The notes below the pieces were generated by a model that was not told where the DNA came from, did not search any database, and worked only from the letters and a program-made list of their open reading frames with translations. Of a stretch of DNA of 64,000 nucleotides, positions 1-13,174 are shown one piece after another. Location of the stretch: contig JBHGNT010000005.1 of the NCBI GenBank assembly GCA_043228905.1, positions 7,316,001 through 7,380,000 on the forward strand, read 5' to 3'. A program made the translations under genes and the position numbers. Each line of letters starts with the position of its first letter. Position 1 is the stretch's first letter. The DNA is from Azolla caroliniana (Eukaryota > Plantae > Polypodiophyta).

Positions 1-1817
1 AGATGCTAGGAATACAAAATTTCAATGACCATTTTATTAGTACAATTGAGACATCCTTTCAACTGTTGGAGCAATTTTATTATTATAAATCACCATCATA
101 AATAGTAAGGTGTTTATACATTCTTATAGTTGATGGCATCATCGAAAGCATGCGATTGTTGGTTGGAATCAACAAAGGTTTGGTTTGAGCCAAATTGAAC
201 AACAAAACTGTGTCTTACGTAGTTTGGTTAGGTTTAAACATTTGTAAATAGTTTGGTGTATCTAGCTTGAAATCATTGTTTAAATAATTTGATGGTTTGG
301 TGGAATATTTTAAAATATATGATTTATGGAACGTGTATTATAACCATAAGATTTTAACTTCAAATCCTAGCAATTCTTTTAAGTCAAAAGAAAAGTTATA
401 ATAGTTTGGTTCAGGTGGAGTCCAAATTGCCAAACCGCAATTTATAGATCTCTTGAATTGTTTGGTTTGAGCTTAAAAATCTTGGAGCAATTTGGTTTGT
501 ATGGTTTCGGTTTACAAGTTTTGGGATTCAATTCGGTCCAATATAAGCTTGAAAATTTTTAAACACTTCCTGTTTGACTCCCAATCTAAATTGTTGTCAA
601 TTAGGGATTATTGGGTAGAGGCGGGCTAACATAGAGTTTACAAGCATTATTGTTTAATGATGCTTTAAAGAATAGTATCTTTTGCAAAGACTCCTTAGGT
701 AGAGGGCATTGTCAATGTTTCTAGAGCTCAATAACCTCATTGAAAGCATTGTTGATGAATGGCAATAAGGTGACACAAAGGTAGGGAGGGCGCTACTATT
801 TCATGACGATTTAGAGAATAATATCATTTAAAAAAGAGTCGTCAAGTAGCAACGGGGCATGCCAACCACAAATACATTCACAATCTATTTATTCATGGAT
901 TAGATTCGATTTTGATCTATCCCAAGATGTTACTATACTATGCAATTCATAAGGTATTTGAATTGGATATGTGTTGGATTCATCCAAAGAGAAGATGTCT
1001 TAAATATACTTTGAATACCAATAGGTGCACCAAATGCATATGGTACTCTACCTTGTTAAAATACCCAAACTTCAACATCGAAAATGGCCAATACAAGGTG
1101 TGCTTGCAGTTTGTTGGGGAAAGTTTCTCGCATATTGTTTGTTTGTACCAGAAATTCACGTGTTGTATGTGGCAAATATCAATGATGTTGTTGCGTCAAG
1201 GTTACCTTAAATACATTGGAACTACTCCCAAGGAATGCAAAATCTTTGCAACGGATTAGAAACATATCACCAAAGGTTGAACAAATGAACTTCATGTCTC
1301 TAGCGTAGGGGTTTGAACGAATGGCCTTCGAGTAGTCGTTAACCAGCAAGGTGTTTGTGAGACAACCTCACGAGCTATGTCATGGATCGGATGTGGTGAG
1401 TCAGCTTGGTTTCTCATTCGCGAGTCGCGGAGTCGCGAGCAATAAGACGCTCATTGACCTGCATCAGAAGTCATAATATCGAGAGAACCCAAGTTCAAAT
1501 TCCATCTCACCCTATCATATGTATGTATGTATGTATGCATGTATGTCTTCTTCTCTCTCTCTCTAGGACATGAATATATCATCATTTGAATGTTCTTCAT
1601 TGGCATCAAAGAAAAGAATCTCCAAGATCCCTGGAATCCAGCTCAGCCAAGCCCAAAGAATCTGAAAAAATTCCAAGCCTTCACTAAACGAAGAAAAAAG
1701 AAACCATTAAAAAAAAAAACAGAGTCTTAACAAGGATTCTCTGGTCTCTCTCAGAGTCACTTCTCTCTCTCTCTCTCACCCTCTCTGTCTCTGTCTCTGT
1801 AGATCTGATGTCAAGAT

Positions 1818-1980
1818 TAGGTCATTCCGTTAAAGCCATGGAAATTTAATCCTCTCTCTCTCTCTCAAACAGATGTCTCTTCTCTTAATCTTGCTTTTTT
1901 AGGTCATTCCGTTAAAGCCATGGAAATTTAATCCTCTCTCTCTTTCTCAAACAGATGTCTCTTCTCTTAATCTTGCTTTT
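1818..1980 (+). repeat. Direct tandem duplication of ~82 bp upstream of the first gene
   Basis: taggtcattccgttaaagccatggaaatttaatcctctc...cttgctttt occurs at 1818 and again at 1900, nearly identical. Confidence 0.9.
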
Positions 1981-2037
1981 CTTGGTTAAAATTTGATAAT
2001 AATAGCTTCTTGAATTTGCCTATAAAAAACCCTAACG

Positions 2038-3905
2038 ATGGAACTAGGATCAGGGTTTGCTGCACCAAGGAGGTATGAGTGTGCAAGAACCTCGCATGAA
2101 GTCAAGGAATCACCATATATGTGTGAAGAAGGCAATATAGCTATGGTAGATGAAGAAGGGTCTACAACCTCTCCTAGCTATGAAAATTGCATATTACTAC
2201 CTATGTTCAAAGCAAATTGTGAGAATACCCATGTTATTCCTACAAATATAGATGAAAGTGTCCAATACATGGATATGTCCATGTCTGCTTCTTCTTCCTT
2301 GTGTGAATCACATCCAAGGAGTACTTTGCTCAAATTTCGGTTTGGGCGATCTCGAAAAAGGAAAAAACAACTAGTATGTGGATGTGATGATGATTGTGGT
2401 TTCTCCTTCTCTCATGGTAATGGGAGGAGATTATTTGAAAAGCAATTAGGATATGAAAGCGACGATGATTATGCTCTTTCTCTCTCACATGGTCGACAAA
2501 AGAAATTTGGATGTGAATGTGTTGATTGTGATCTCTCTATTTCTAGAGGGCAAAATCAAGGGTATAATGAGATGCCACATGGTAGTGACAACAGAATCGC
2601 ACTTGCAGATGAAATGCCATGTGATGGTGATAAACTTGTTAGATGCCATACCAAGGATGACCAAGTTATAGGAGGACAAACACAATATGTAATATGCCTA
2701 ACTGCACTATATTATGCATTGCACTATATATGCTCCTTGAATGTTATTTGTCATTGGTATCTTTGAGTTCCTTATTGTCAAGTAAAATTTGTTTTTAACA
2801 AATTATATTTTCGTACTATTGTTCTATCATTAACATTTTAATTACATCATAAGCTATTAATTACGATCATTTGTAGGATCTCAAAAGGCGATGGCGAAGA
2901 GAAAAACGCACCAGTCCATGTAGCTTAGATGGGATTGCTCAATTATATCACTATTCGAGTTGTGGGAAAGGCTCACATGGAAACAAGATGCTCTATCGAA
3001 GTGGTAATCATCGTGTTTTGAATGAATGTGTTAAAGAATTTGAAGGAAGCCCTCACGTGTGTCAAGATCATCAAGATAATATAATATGTATTTGTGAAGT
3101 GTGCTCAAATAATGCATGTAGAGGCACATTAATAAGAGTTTCACAAGACGATTTGGAAAATTGTGACCAAAGGGCTAATGGTGCCACCAATAAGGAATGC
3201 ACAAGGGATGGTCAAGAAAGCTTGACACTTCATGGATTAAACAATTTTGATGATAAGCAATCAACTCATTTCAAATGTTTTCCTTGCAATAAGCATGCCA
3301 AAGAACAAATCAACCTTTGGGGTGCACATAGTGCTTTATTTGAAGATCAAAGAGTGCATGGAAAGGCTATTTTTGAGGGAACCATTTCACAAGGTCTAGA
3401 AATAGATCATTTGTATGCCAAATCTCATGAGTGCATACACAAAGAAGAGAACCCTCCTTCAAGATTTTATGGAAACAAACATTTGCATGATGACATGGAT
3501 GACGATGAATATGGTCGTGAATCAGAATTATCGTCAAACATGATTAGTGGAAAACAAGATGGCATGGAAGATGGTACTAGCCAACATTCAAAGGTAGGAT
3601 TGTTTTCATCTATCCTTAGCGGAATACCTATTCAAACTTTAGCTTTGGGTAGTACACTAAGCATCTCTAAACCACAAGATCAAACTCCTAGGTCAGGTTC
3701 AATATTGAAGCCATGTATTTCTTCGCCTCATATATTTGGAACTTCTTCTAAGCATGGGCATCAATCAAGATTACTCCAAAGAAGAAAACCTAGCATGGAT
3801 GATGGTATCTTCAACATGTCCTCGTTGCACCTACCAGAAGAGAGAGTACATGGTGGCAACTTAATGGCAAATTTGGACAAACCTAGGATGAAGAGAACCA
3901 AATAA
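2038..3905 (+). CDS. Two-exon gene, uncharacterised Cys/His/Ser-rich protein (~559 aa)
   Basis: Exon 1 is 2038-2688 (donor TAT|gtaata). An AT-rich intron (2689-2876) ends ttgtag|. Exon 2 (2877-3905) joins at phase 0 and stays open into the 2988 ORF. No recognisable domain. Confidence 0.5.
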
Positions 3906-6259
3906 GATACGGAGTGCATTGTACTAAAAGCAATTTCGTATTGGATGAAACCCGTGGTTTGCCCTAGAAGAAACAATGGATGTGTCATGTCTCGATTGGC
4001 AACAATGGGGTAGGAGTTGAACCTCCTATATATTACTTACAAGCAGGGCCTCGATATTGTACATATTTGTGTAAATTTTATATACATAATGCCATAAGAT
4101 GATAAAGTTGAGATCATTATCTAAGCATAATCAAACCATACCAAACTTATCAAGAACGAATATGAGATTGCATGTCATTTGTCATGTGTTTGCCGTACCA
4201 ACTCAAGTAGAACAAAATCAATTGTCAACCTCAATTAATCAATTGTGTTGTAAAACAATAGGAAATTATTACAACTGTGTTAAATTTAAGAATGGGCAAC
4301 TAGAAAAGAAATTCAATGGAGCAAATATGTTAGTTGGTGCCTTTTTGGAAATTAAGGTTTGAGAGAAAAGGTTACAAACATGATAGGCAACGTCCCCATA
4401 TGCTACGCCTTTCTAGAACAAGTGATTCATCATAGTCTTCACCTTTCTACATTGAAAAACTATGTCTAGTCCAAAGAACCCCTCATTCTTACATGTGATA
4501 TGAGTATAAAAAGTCATGTTATTGTGGAAGATTTTGAGCAAGATCCGAGACTCTCGTGTGCATCTAGATGCACATGGCAAATGGCTCATCTATTGCAAAG
4601 AAAATGATGCATGTGCACTTTTTGGGTTCTGTGGTAATCAAGTTGAATCACTTTGTATTTGAGTTGTTGATGGTTGTAGAAGCTGACATGACAAATATGC
4701 AACAAAAACCAACATGATATGTTTAAATCGTAAATGTGTTTGCATTCATCACAATAGCACTGACCATATCACTTTGCTTTTCGATGGTAATAGATAGCTT
4801 CTTGTTCTTATCAATAAATAATTTCTATTTGTGCATTTTGTCAATATACACCCATATAAATTGATAAGAAAATGAAACAAAATGAAACACTTAAAAAAAT
4901 ATAAATTATTACAAAAATTGTAAACTTTAGTTTTTCTTTTATAGTTTCTACAAGGTTGGTGACAAAGGAATAAGGAGTACTAGAATGAACCAAGGAAGGT
5001 AAGGCCACCCAAGTTCCAACAAGTGTGAGCACAAGGGGAGGACAATAAGGGTACATGTGAGTTAGTGCATAAGCTCTAGCAAGCCATGGGAAATTGAAAT
5101 CAAGGATAGGTCAAATTAATGAAGGCATGCAAATTAACATGTGGAATATGTATTGGAAATGGCCAACGTTTTGATAGACTTTATTGTTGGTAAAACTCCA
5201 CACGTTGTACTCCATGCTCTAGAATAATTAATTTTTGTTTGTGTCAATCGAAAAGTTACACTCCTAGGACCTAGACATATGAATGGTCTTTAATGGTATT
5301 AGGGTTTGTGGTAGCTTTTATGTGGGCACAATTGTACTTGGGCGGGAGGTTGGATAAAAACCTATAAATAGGTCCGTAGCATGACATTTCTAACATTGAA
5401 AGGTTTACCACTCTTTCATGGCTATTTGGCTAGTATGTGATATCGATGCCAAAGCACTTGCTATTTCCCAAGCTAGGGATGAGCCCATATTGGCTCTATG
5501 TAGAGATAACATGATCTTACGTCAAATATTGCATGCATGATTGGTGGTATCTCTTGTGTGCAAGTCATAGTGTGGAATAAGTTATAACCAACAAATTTTG
5601 TTCTCCTAATCTCCTCCAAGATGAGGATGCATCCAAAATTATGACAAGCTCATTACCTAGTTCTAGCATTAGGAAACCACTCCCAAACTAAACCAATCAC
5701 CTAGCTTCTTTGACACAAAGTAATCACTCTAGGGCATGGATGACCAAATATGACAATACCATATCACAAATTAATTTTTGCTTCTTGGTGGGATTAAACA
5801 AGGGGTCAGGAGTGGGTCTCAACCTCATATGTAGGTCAAGAAATTAACTAACCACGCCTATAAAAGTTAATGATAATAATTTGTATAAAACAACTCAAAT
5901 TTTCTGTCTTTATCAAAAGTTTGTCTATGCTCCTCACAACAACATCTCTCCGTCATTGTTCATCGATTCTCATCTCCAATTTCTTAAGTTTAATGTAACT
6001 GTATTAACTCTTTGATGATACAATTTGAGTGGCTTATGGTGGTTTGTGACATTCAACATACCATACTCTTTTGCAGCAGTGCTGAAATGCAAATGTTCCC
6101 ATAATTCAAATTGAAATTCTATATGACTTTGCTGACAACTGAGATTAGAATCCAGATGCCATACTCGGTGGCTCTTACAGTATTGGACATTTTTTATGGT
6201 GTCCATGATTCTTGGACAGTTACCAATTATATACATAGATATAGATATAGATACCGTAT

Positions 6260-8240
6260 TCAAATGTGCTTCCCTTTTGATTTTTTACAAAGAAGAACCC
6301 TCATTATCAATTTACAAGACAAACAGGATGGGCTTTTTTCATGAGCTAAGAAAGATGAGGACCTCGAGTCATCGATAACCTCTTGATTTACATCAATCTC
6401 TACTTTCTCCACCACAGGAGGTAACATGATATTATTTTCTTCATGCATATTGAGGAAAGTCGATCCTTTATTTACTGCACATTCTTCTCTACAGCAATCT
6501 TTCTCATATGAAGTATAAGGACCTTCCATTTCCTCAGTAAGAAGCTGGGTGATGAAGGCATTAAAATTTAGCCTTGCCATGCTGAGCTCTTCTGTAGATA
6601 ATAGATCTTCAAACCCTCTTGATGTAGGCAAGAGAATGCTAGAAAATATTGAAGCAATCTGTGTTATAGTGGCAAGATCTTGCGTAACTAGATTACGTGC
6701 ATGATGTATAAGTGCACTCCAAAATAATGCCGACTCTGCATCCTGAAATGCCATTAGTGTATCATTCTTCTTTAATTCCTCAAATATTTTGGGTGTCTCC
6801 ATTGCCAATAAATATTCTTTCACAAATTTTGTGGGCAACAGCTTCTCCTCAGGGAATGCAAAGATCAATTCGCAAATTGCTTTGTTGCATATTAATAACT
6901 GCATCCCACTACATTCACTTCCAAGCAGTTCCTCTGCCTTCTCATTTCCCATCTTAGCAGCCTCGAGGATGGAGAATACTAACCTAGGGTTGCAAATATG
7001 TTTGTTGTTGTGTTGCCATGTATTTCCCTGTTCAAAGATGACTGTGTATATATTATCTAGAATCTTCAATTTCTCTCGAGCTGGAACCAAAGATAATGTT
7101 TCCCTGCTTCTCTTAATGATTATCTCATCCTCGTCTTCAGCATCTAATGCACTAACCTGTGTTACAAATTATGCACCTCTTTGATCAGAAGCTATTAGAA
7201 AAAGGAACATGAGTACATAGACCACAGAAGTATATGTGGTTTCGGAGGATATAATTAATTTTTCTATCCAGAACTACTTTGAGTTTTGTAAGGCACAGCT
7301 CAGCATGCATGTGGAAGGAACTAAGTTCCATGTGACATAAGTGACCTAGTAGGTCATATGTGAACTCCAGCTACTTGTGCAAAAATAAGCACTGTATATG
7401 GAAGAAAAAAGCTGAATTTCCCAAATATTTTATAATTAGGTTCAAACAAGAAGAAAGAGTAATGCTCTTGGAAGTTTGGATCTATTGTATGTAACTTTGA
7501 TTTCATTTGGAAAGTGAGATAACAAGTCATACCTTTTCAGAACGATTAAGTTCTAGAGACGGAGAATTGTGATTCTCATTGCTTCCTTCTTGTTCCAAGA
7601 ATCTCGTTTGATGCTCAGCCAAATGTTCAGTTATTTTCTGCTTCTCAGAATAATCACTGAATACATCTTCCGTATACTGTTCTAACATATCCACAGCTGT
7701 GCTGGGTAGAACTGTGCGATTTTGGTCACTTTCATGGACAATTATTCCACTGTTATTGTCAATAGACTGCAATCCAGATTTCAGTGCATCTTGAAGAGCA
7801 TTTTCACTGTTCGTTTTTACCTTGCATTGCAAGAATGGTTCAGAATATATCAACTTTACTGCAATCTCTTCTGGTTGTGATGAGACACAAGCGTCAGGCA
7901 TTTTTATTGACATTTTAGTATCATTATAAGCCAAGTCTTTTGAAACCTCAGAAACATTGTTACACATTTCTTCAGATGTTTTACTATCTTCCGAGTCGTC
8001 TGATACTGGGGGACAATTATGCATTATCACATCTTCCAGAATCTCAGTCTCAGTATACATGTGCTCCGCTACTTTCATATTATCATGTAGAGAATCTTCT
8101 GGATTTCCAAAATTATTTTTTATCCGTGTTAGCAAGGATGTCCTGTTGGCTCCTAAACATTCTGTCGCTGATGCCAGTCCTTGGTTTTTTAAGTAACATG
8201 CTGAGGATTGACTTAACTGTCCATCTAAAGAAGCCGACAC
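6260..8240 (-). CDS. 3' exons of a host gene; C-terminal region resembles a divergent RhoGAP-like helical domain
   Basis: An acidic low-complexity exon (~8224-7533, donor AAG|gtatga) splices at phase 0 to exon 7156-6260 (acceptor acacag|GTT). AICELIFAFPEEKLLPTKFVKEYL and SALIHHARNLV...TITQIASIFSSILL resemble RhoGAP LRELPEPLL / NLAIVFGPTLL. The 5' exons are unresolved and may run into the gap. Confidence 0.45.
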
Positions 8241-9415
8241 AAAATCTCATCAGGGTAAGAACCAAAATAACAGAAAGCCTTTAACCACATACATAATTAC
8301 CTATGCATGATACACATAGCCAGAAATAAAAGAAGATCACCAAGAAGAAAGGTGTGGTCACTGAAAAAATATATATCCTACCGGAAACATGTATCGTAGA
8401 TGTCTCAACATTGATAATGTGATGAAGTGAATTAGAAGTTATGTTGTCTCTCATCTTTATTTCTTTACTCCTAGTATCTCAAGTGAAACAAAGGCAAAAT
8501 AAAGTATAAGCATGAAGGTTTGCTTCTACTAGCACGGAACTTAGAAAATGATTATAATAAATCAGGCACTTGTCATTCGTCAACGATAATCAGAACTATA
8601 CAAAGATAGAGAATCGAACTAAAATCTACAAAAACACTCATACATGCAAGTAAGGATGACAGCTGAGAAACTAGAGATGATAGATGAATCTTGAGCAGTG
8701 GCCTACAATATACAACCCTGACTATTTAATGGATTAACTAGATTCCTTTCTCTTGAATGGGAATCTTCTATACAAGACATAGATACTCACTTGAAAAAAA
8801 TCAAGAAAATTGCATTAAGAAGAAGAGATAGGTACATGTATCAAAGAATATTTCAAACTATCAATAAACAACCATAATGACTCTGCAGTTAAAATAAAAA
8901 TTTGGTTGTGTCCTATTCTCCAAAATTAAGTCTCACCAAGGAAATGGTTTGTATACCATGTGTGAATAATAATGTAGTGACTGGTGCAAATTGTTGTAAC
9001 TGCTGAATTTTAACAGAGTTAGAAAAGGTAAACCCTAGAAAAATGGCCTTTTGATAATACATAAATCATTATGGTCCTTTCAAGATATTCACAAATCCTT
9101 GGTTGGAACACAACCACCTATTATCATATGTGTTATGTCCTTATTTAAGAGAAACTAAAAGAAACTTGATATTGCTGAACACATTATCCAGATGTCTGGA
9201 TTTCAGTTGAACCATTGTTGAATTATCATTCAGATTAGGACATTTTCTACTTTATCATTGATCTCTACTTTTCAATTATGACACAATACTTGTTAATATT
9301 ATCCAACGTGAAACTCAAAAGTCTCCAGTACCTTTTATAAATCAATAAAAACTGTTATTGAACTATTATGTATGGAAGATGAGTACCTTCGAGTATCTAG
9401 GTTTCTGTTTATTTC

Positions 9416-9515
9416 NNNNNNNNNNNNNNNNNNNNNNNNNNNNNNNNNNNNNNNNNNNNNNNNNNNNNNNNNNNNNNNNNNNNNNNNNNNNNNNNNNNNN
9501 NNNNNNNNNNNNNNN
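9416..9515. other. Assembly gap (100 N)
   Basis: A run of exactly 100 N, typical of a scaffold join of unknown size. Confidence 0.99.
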
Positions 9516-9589
9516 CTTCTTCTTCTGATGGGATGGATATATGGAGTTGGATAGGGTTAGATCGATCTCCCTCTTTCTCTCTCTCTCTC

Positions 9590-9622
<33 letters not shown>

Positions 9623-10399
9623 GTACAAAACAAAAAAAAAGGATGTGAAGTCCATAGACAAACTATTCAAAGTCAGTTATATGGGGTTTCTTTTTCTTTC
9701 TTCTTCTTCTTCATTCTTCATTCTTCATTCTTCATCTCCACTTAATGACATGGAGTACATTTTGTGAAGGTCCTGTGTTCTTATCCTCCCCATTTTACCC
9801 AACTTCTTCCTTTCTCGGACATCCGGCCATCCACCCGCCCGCCCGCCCGCCTGTCCGACCAGCCCATTCATGCCTGCCCATCTCTGCCCATCCTTCGGAA
9901 CCTTCATTCGCCACTCTCCGCCGGCAAATCAATCCATGTCGTTGCCCATCGTTGTGTTGTTATCAATAGTATAGCACAACACAGCTCACCCCCTGCTCGT
10001 ATCGATGTCTGTATGAACGTGTAGAGAATCAGCTCGTTTAGCTCCTTAGTTGTATACTTATGTATACGGTTACAACTTACAACAATTCTGGCATTTATTG
10101 TCTTTGCATGAGGATGCTTCGTTTCTTCTTTTATCGTTTGGGATTACCTTAATAGTGCTTGTCCCTCCTCCTCATTTGTCTCCTGTGTATCTTGTCTCTA
10201 ATTTATGACACTCTTTTCTACAAACTATGGATGCAACTTCATGTCGTACCCATCTTAACTGTGGATGCAACACTCTAATTTATCTCTCTCTCTCTCTCTC
10301 CGTAAATATTAATGTTTTAAATACAATACAATATGGACTTTGATATCCTCAAAATGAATGAGGGTTCTCATGTCACCCTCATCACTATCTAGATGCATC

Positions 10400-11650
10400 C
10401 ATCATTATGGGGCTACATAGTCTCAAGTGATAAAGGCCAATGCAAATGACAAAAATGATGCCTTGTTGCTAGCGTACAAATCTTTAATTCCTATTCTGAC
10501 AACCTCCAAGATGTTTCCAATAAGGGAAATCGCCATATACCAGCATGCTTTTCAATAGTCTAATGTATCTTTCAACCCCATATTGAACATATTTTGTTTT
10601 TACTTTGATAAGTTTGTTATGAACTACAAATATCCCATCTATCTTAGGTGTAATCGTAGTCAAAATTGAAATTGGATATTGCAAAGTTGGCATTTCTTGC
10701 AATTGAGACCATATAGCATGATAATTTTTAGGAACATAAAACCTTGCCCTAGATGTTCGAAAAGCCATTATTTTTCTTCAGGTTCCCAACATGGCATCTT
10801 GTACAATAACCAAGCCCAAGTGTGACAACCGGTTAAAGTAGGGTAGAAGGGAGTGCTTATCATCCCATACCAAAAGACGAGATTGCATTTTCCCATTCAG
10901 TTGATGGATGCCACTCTAAAAAATCCAAAACACTCTGCCAAGAAGCCAATAAATGTTGAGTTATCAATGACCTTGCACTTTTTTTTTCTATATCACTATT
11001 TACCATATGTCACCAAGAGGCTACAATCTTTGTCTTTCCATGCTTGATACCTTTCTTTCTCAATGAAGTAAGCAATAAGTTCTGCCCATATGTTTGAAAG
11101 AATATTTGGGCCACTATATGTTTGAAAGAATCTTTGAGCCACCATATGTTCATATTGATTTAAAAGAGCCGCTCCACCATGTCTTTTTGGAGTACATATA
11201 AGACTCCATGCCACCCAAGTAAGGCGTGATCTTTCTTTCCTCTCCCATAATGTGAACTACATTGAGGTTGCCAACTACTCAATAGTCTTTTTAGAACAAG
11301 GCAACAATGGTAAGTAATATGATGTCATAGGATCATGATTGATTGGACAACTTTTAGTTTAACATGGAACGACCAAGCTTGTGATTTCCTATACATAAAT
11401 TTGTCTACAAAATTTAGTCGATATCCGATCTAGGATTTTCACATTAGGCACATCCCAACCAATAGGATAATCTACATGTTGATCAATCATATCATGTTGT
11501 ACTACCATTCTTATCCAACTAAGATCATCTAGCTTTCTTTTTGTACATGAGATGAGAGAAGATTTATGAATATCAATCCTCAATCTTGAGTTGTAGTGAT
11601 TCTCACACTTGTAGAGCCTTCATAATGTTCTCTCATAAGGCTCCCAAAAA
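10400..11650 (-). mobile_element. Decayed L1-type LINE ORF2 fragment (boundaries approximate)
   Basis: AWSLICTPKRHGGAALLN (ORF 10996-11214) matches the plant L1 post-RT motif W..IC.PK..GG.G..NL. Many stops and frameshifts. Confidence 0.55.
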
Positions 11651-11918
11651 CATAAAGTGATCATCCGCTAATGTTGGCACAATACATGATTTTCCCGATG
11701 GTAAGGAAAGTCCAACCAACTCTCTATCTCTAGCCAAATTATGTAAGATTGTTAATATCAGATGAGTCACATATAGCAAATAGTAAAGGATTTAATGGGC
11801 ATCATTGTCTAAATGATATTTGAATTGGAATGGTTTGGCTAATTCCTCCATTAAACATGATATGGGAAATAGAACCCTCATCCAATGTCTATGTTTGTCT
11901 CTTCCTCTCAAGCTCTGC

Positions 11919-12302
11919 GTCTTGGGTTCGAAACCCAATTTTTCTCACTTCTCTCTATTATATATGTACTTCATATATATCTCTTAATTCACTAGATGCC
12001 ATTGTGGAATGTAGGGATTGAAACCATGACCACATGGCCTCCATTGGGCAACCTTACCAATTGAGCTACATTCATCTGTGTATATCAATCTCTCTCTCTC
12101 TCCTTTTTATTGTAATTAGCTTACCCTAGTGGTAAGTCGATAACACTACAAGCACTGTGTCTTGGGTTTGAAACCCAATTTCCTCACCTCTCTATTATAT
12201 ACTTCATATATATCTCTATTTCACTAGATGCCATTGTGGAATGTAGGGGTTGAACCCATGACCACCTGGTCTCCATTGGGCAACCTTACCAAATGAGCTA
12301 CA
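11919..12302. mobile_element. Two tandem copies of a tRNA-derived SINE-like unit
   Basis: A ~150-bp unit is repeated at ~11919 and ~12158. Minus strand 12070-12003 and 12302-12235 read TGTAGCTCA(A/T)TTGGTAAG...GG(T/G)TTCAA(T/C)CCC, i.e. A-box and B-box-like motifs. No clean cloverleaf. Confidence 0.55.
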
Positions 12303-12337
12303 TCCTTCTAGGCTCTCTCAATCAGTCAGCCAGTCAG

Positions 12338-12368
<31 letters not shown>

Positions 12369-12479
12369 AACAATTTGATGAGAAAGTTTGTTGGAGATAG
12401 TCGAGGAGATAACTCATCAACCATATATATGTTGAATTCAACAAGGGTGTCTAAATATAATGCTCTCTTTCTTTGACTA

Positions 12480-12691
12480 TATTCGAGTTTGCTTTTCGCA
12501 CATTGTTGATCCGATTCAATCCATATATACACATTCCTCGCACAATCACAATGTGCACTCTCAATTGCAATATTCTTAATCAAAAAGTTCTTGAACATCA
12601 AGTTTACTATCCAATTCCATATATACATAGCATGAGAAAATTTCTCTCTTTTGGTCATGTAGGTCATATATGAAATATAATATATATATAT
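12480..12691 (+). mobile_element. Old 3' fragment related to the RTEX-like LINEs at 34-38 kb, ending in (TA)n
   Basis: cacaatcacaatgtgcactctcaattgcaa...aagttcttgaacatc is the diverged reverse complement of 37405-37470. Confidence 0.6.
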
Positions 12692-12695
12692 ATAT

Positions 12696-12720
12696 GGGTA
12701 AAAGCATGCGAGTGGAAACA
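12696..12720 (+). repeat. Left terminal inverted repeat
   Basis: GGGTAAAAGCATGCGAGTGGAAACA. Confidence 0.92.
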
Positions 12721-13174
12721 CTATTATAGCTAATTAGCTACTAAAATGGCCATAGCTAATTAGCTATTTGTTTAGCTAGTCTTTTTTGTGGGAAAATCAA
12801 ATATTTGAAAAACTAATTTATGAAAAAACTCAAATATTTGAACTTCTGTTTCAGACGTAGTGGAACTTGGGGAATATCACCATCATCTAAGGTCGACTTC
12901 AATGTCATCAATTTCCTGTTTAGCCTAAGTCTGATTTTGAACGCAGATGGAGTACTCAGAGCACGAACGCAGACGTAGCTCCCGCAACAGCAAAAAATCG
13001 ACATTGCAGATTGAGAGCTACAACACAGAACCCGCTCGATCATCGTCCAGGTATGTTTCAGTTACAGAAACCCCAAACATTTGTTTTTTCTTTTTGACTA
13101 CTGTCTGAACTTTGGTGCCGATTCATATTTCCCCAAAATCGAATAGGGCGAAGTCCTTGGAGTCCCATACAAGG

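Noticed and set aside
912-1259. 115-aa ORF, and the many 60-100-aa ORFs at 4-6 kb and 24.9-34 kb
   Set aside because: No motifs or splice support. They are consistent with chance ORFs or decayed retroelements (e.g. IIKLDVAK at 32359 hints at L1 RT but is too eroded to delimit).
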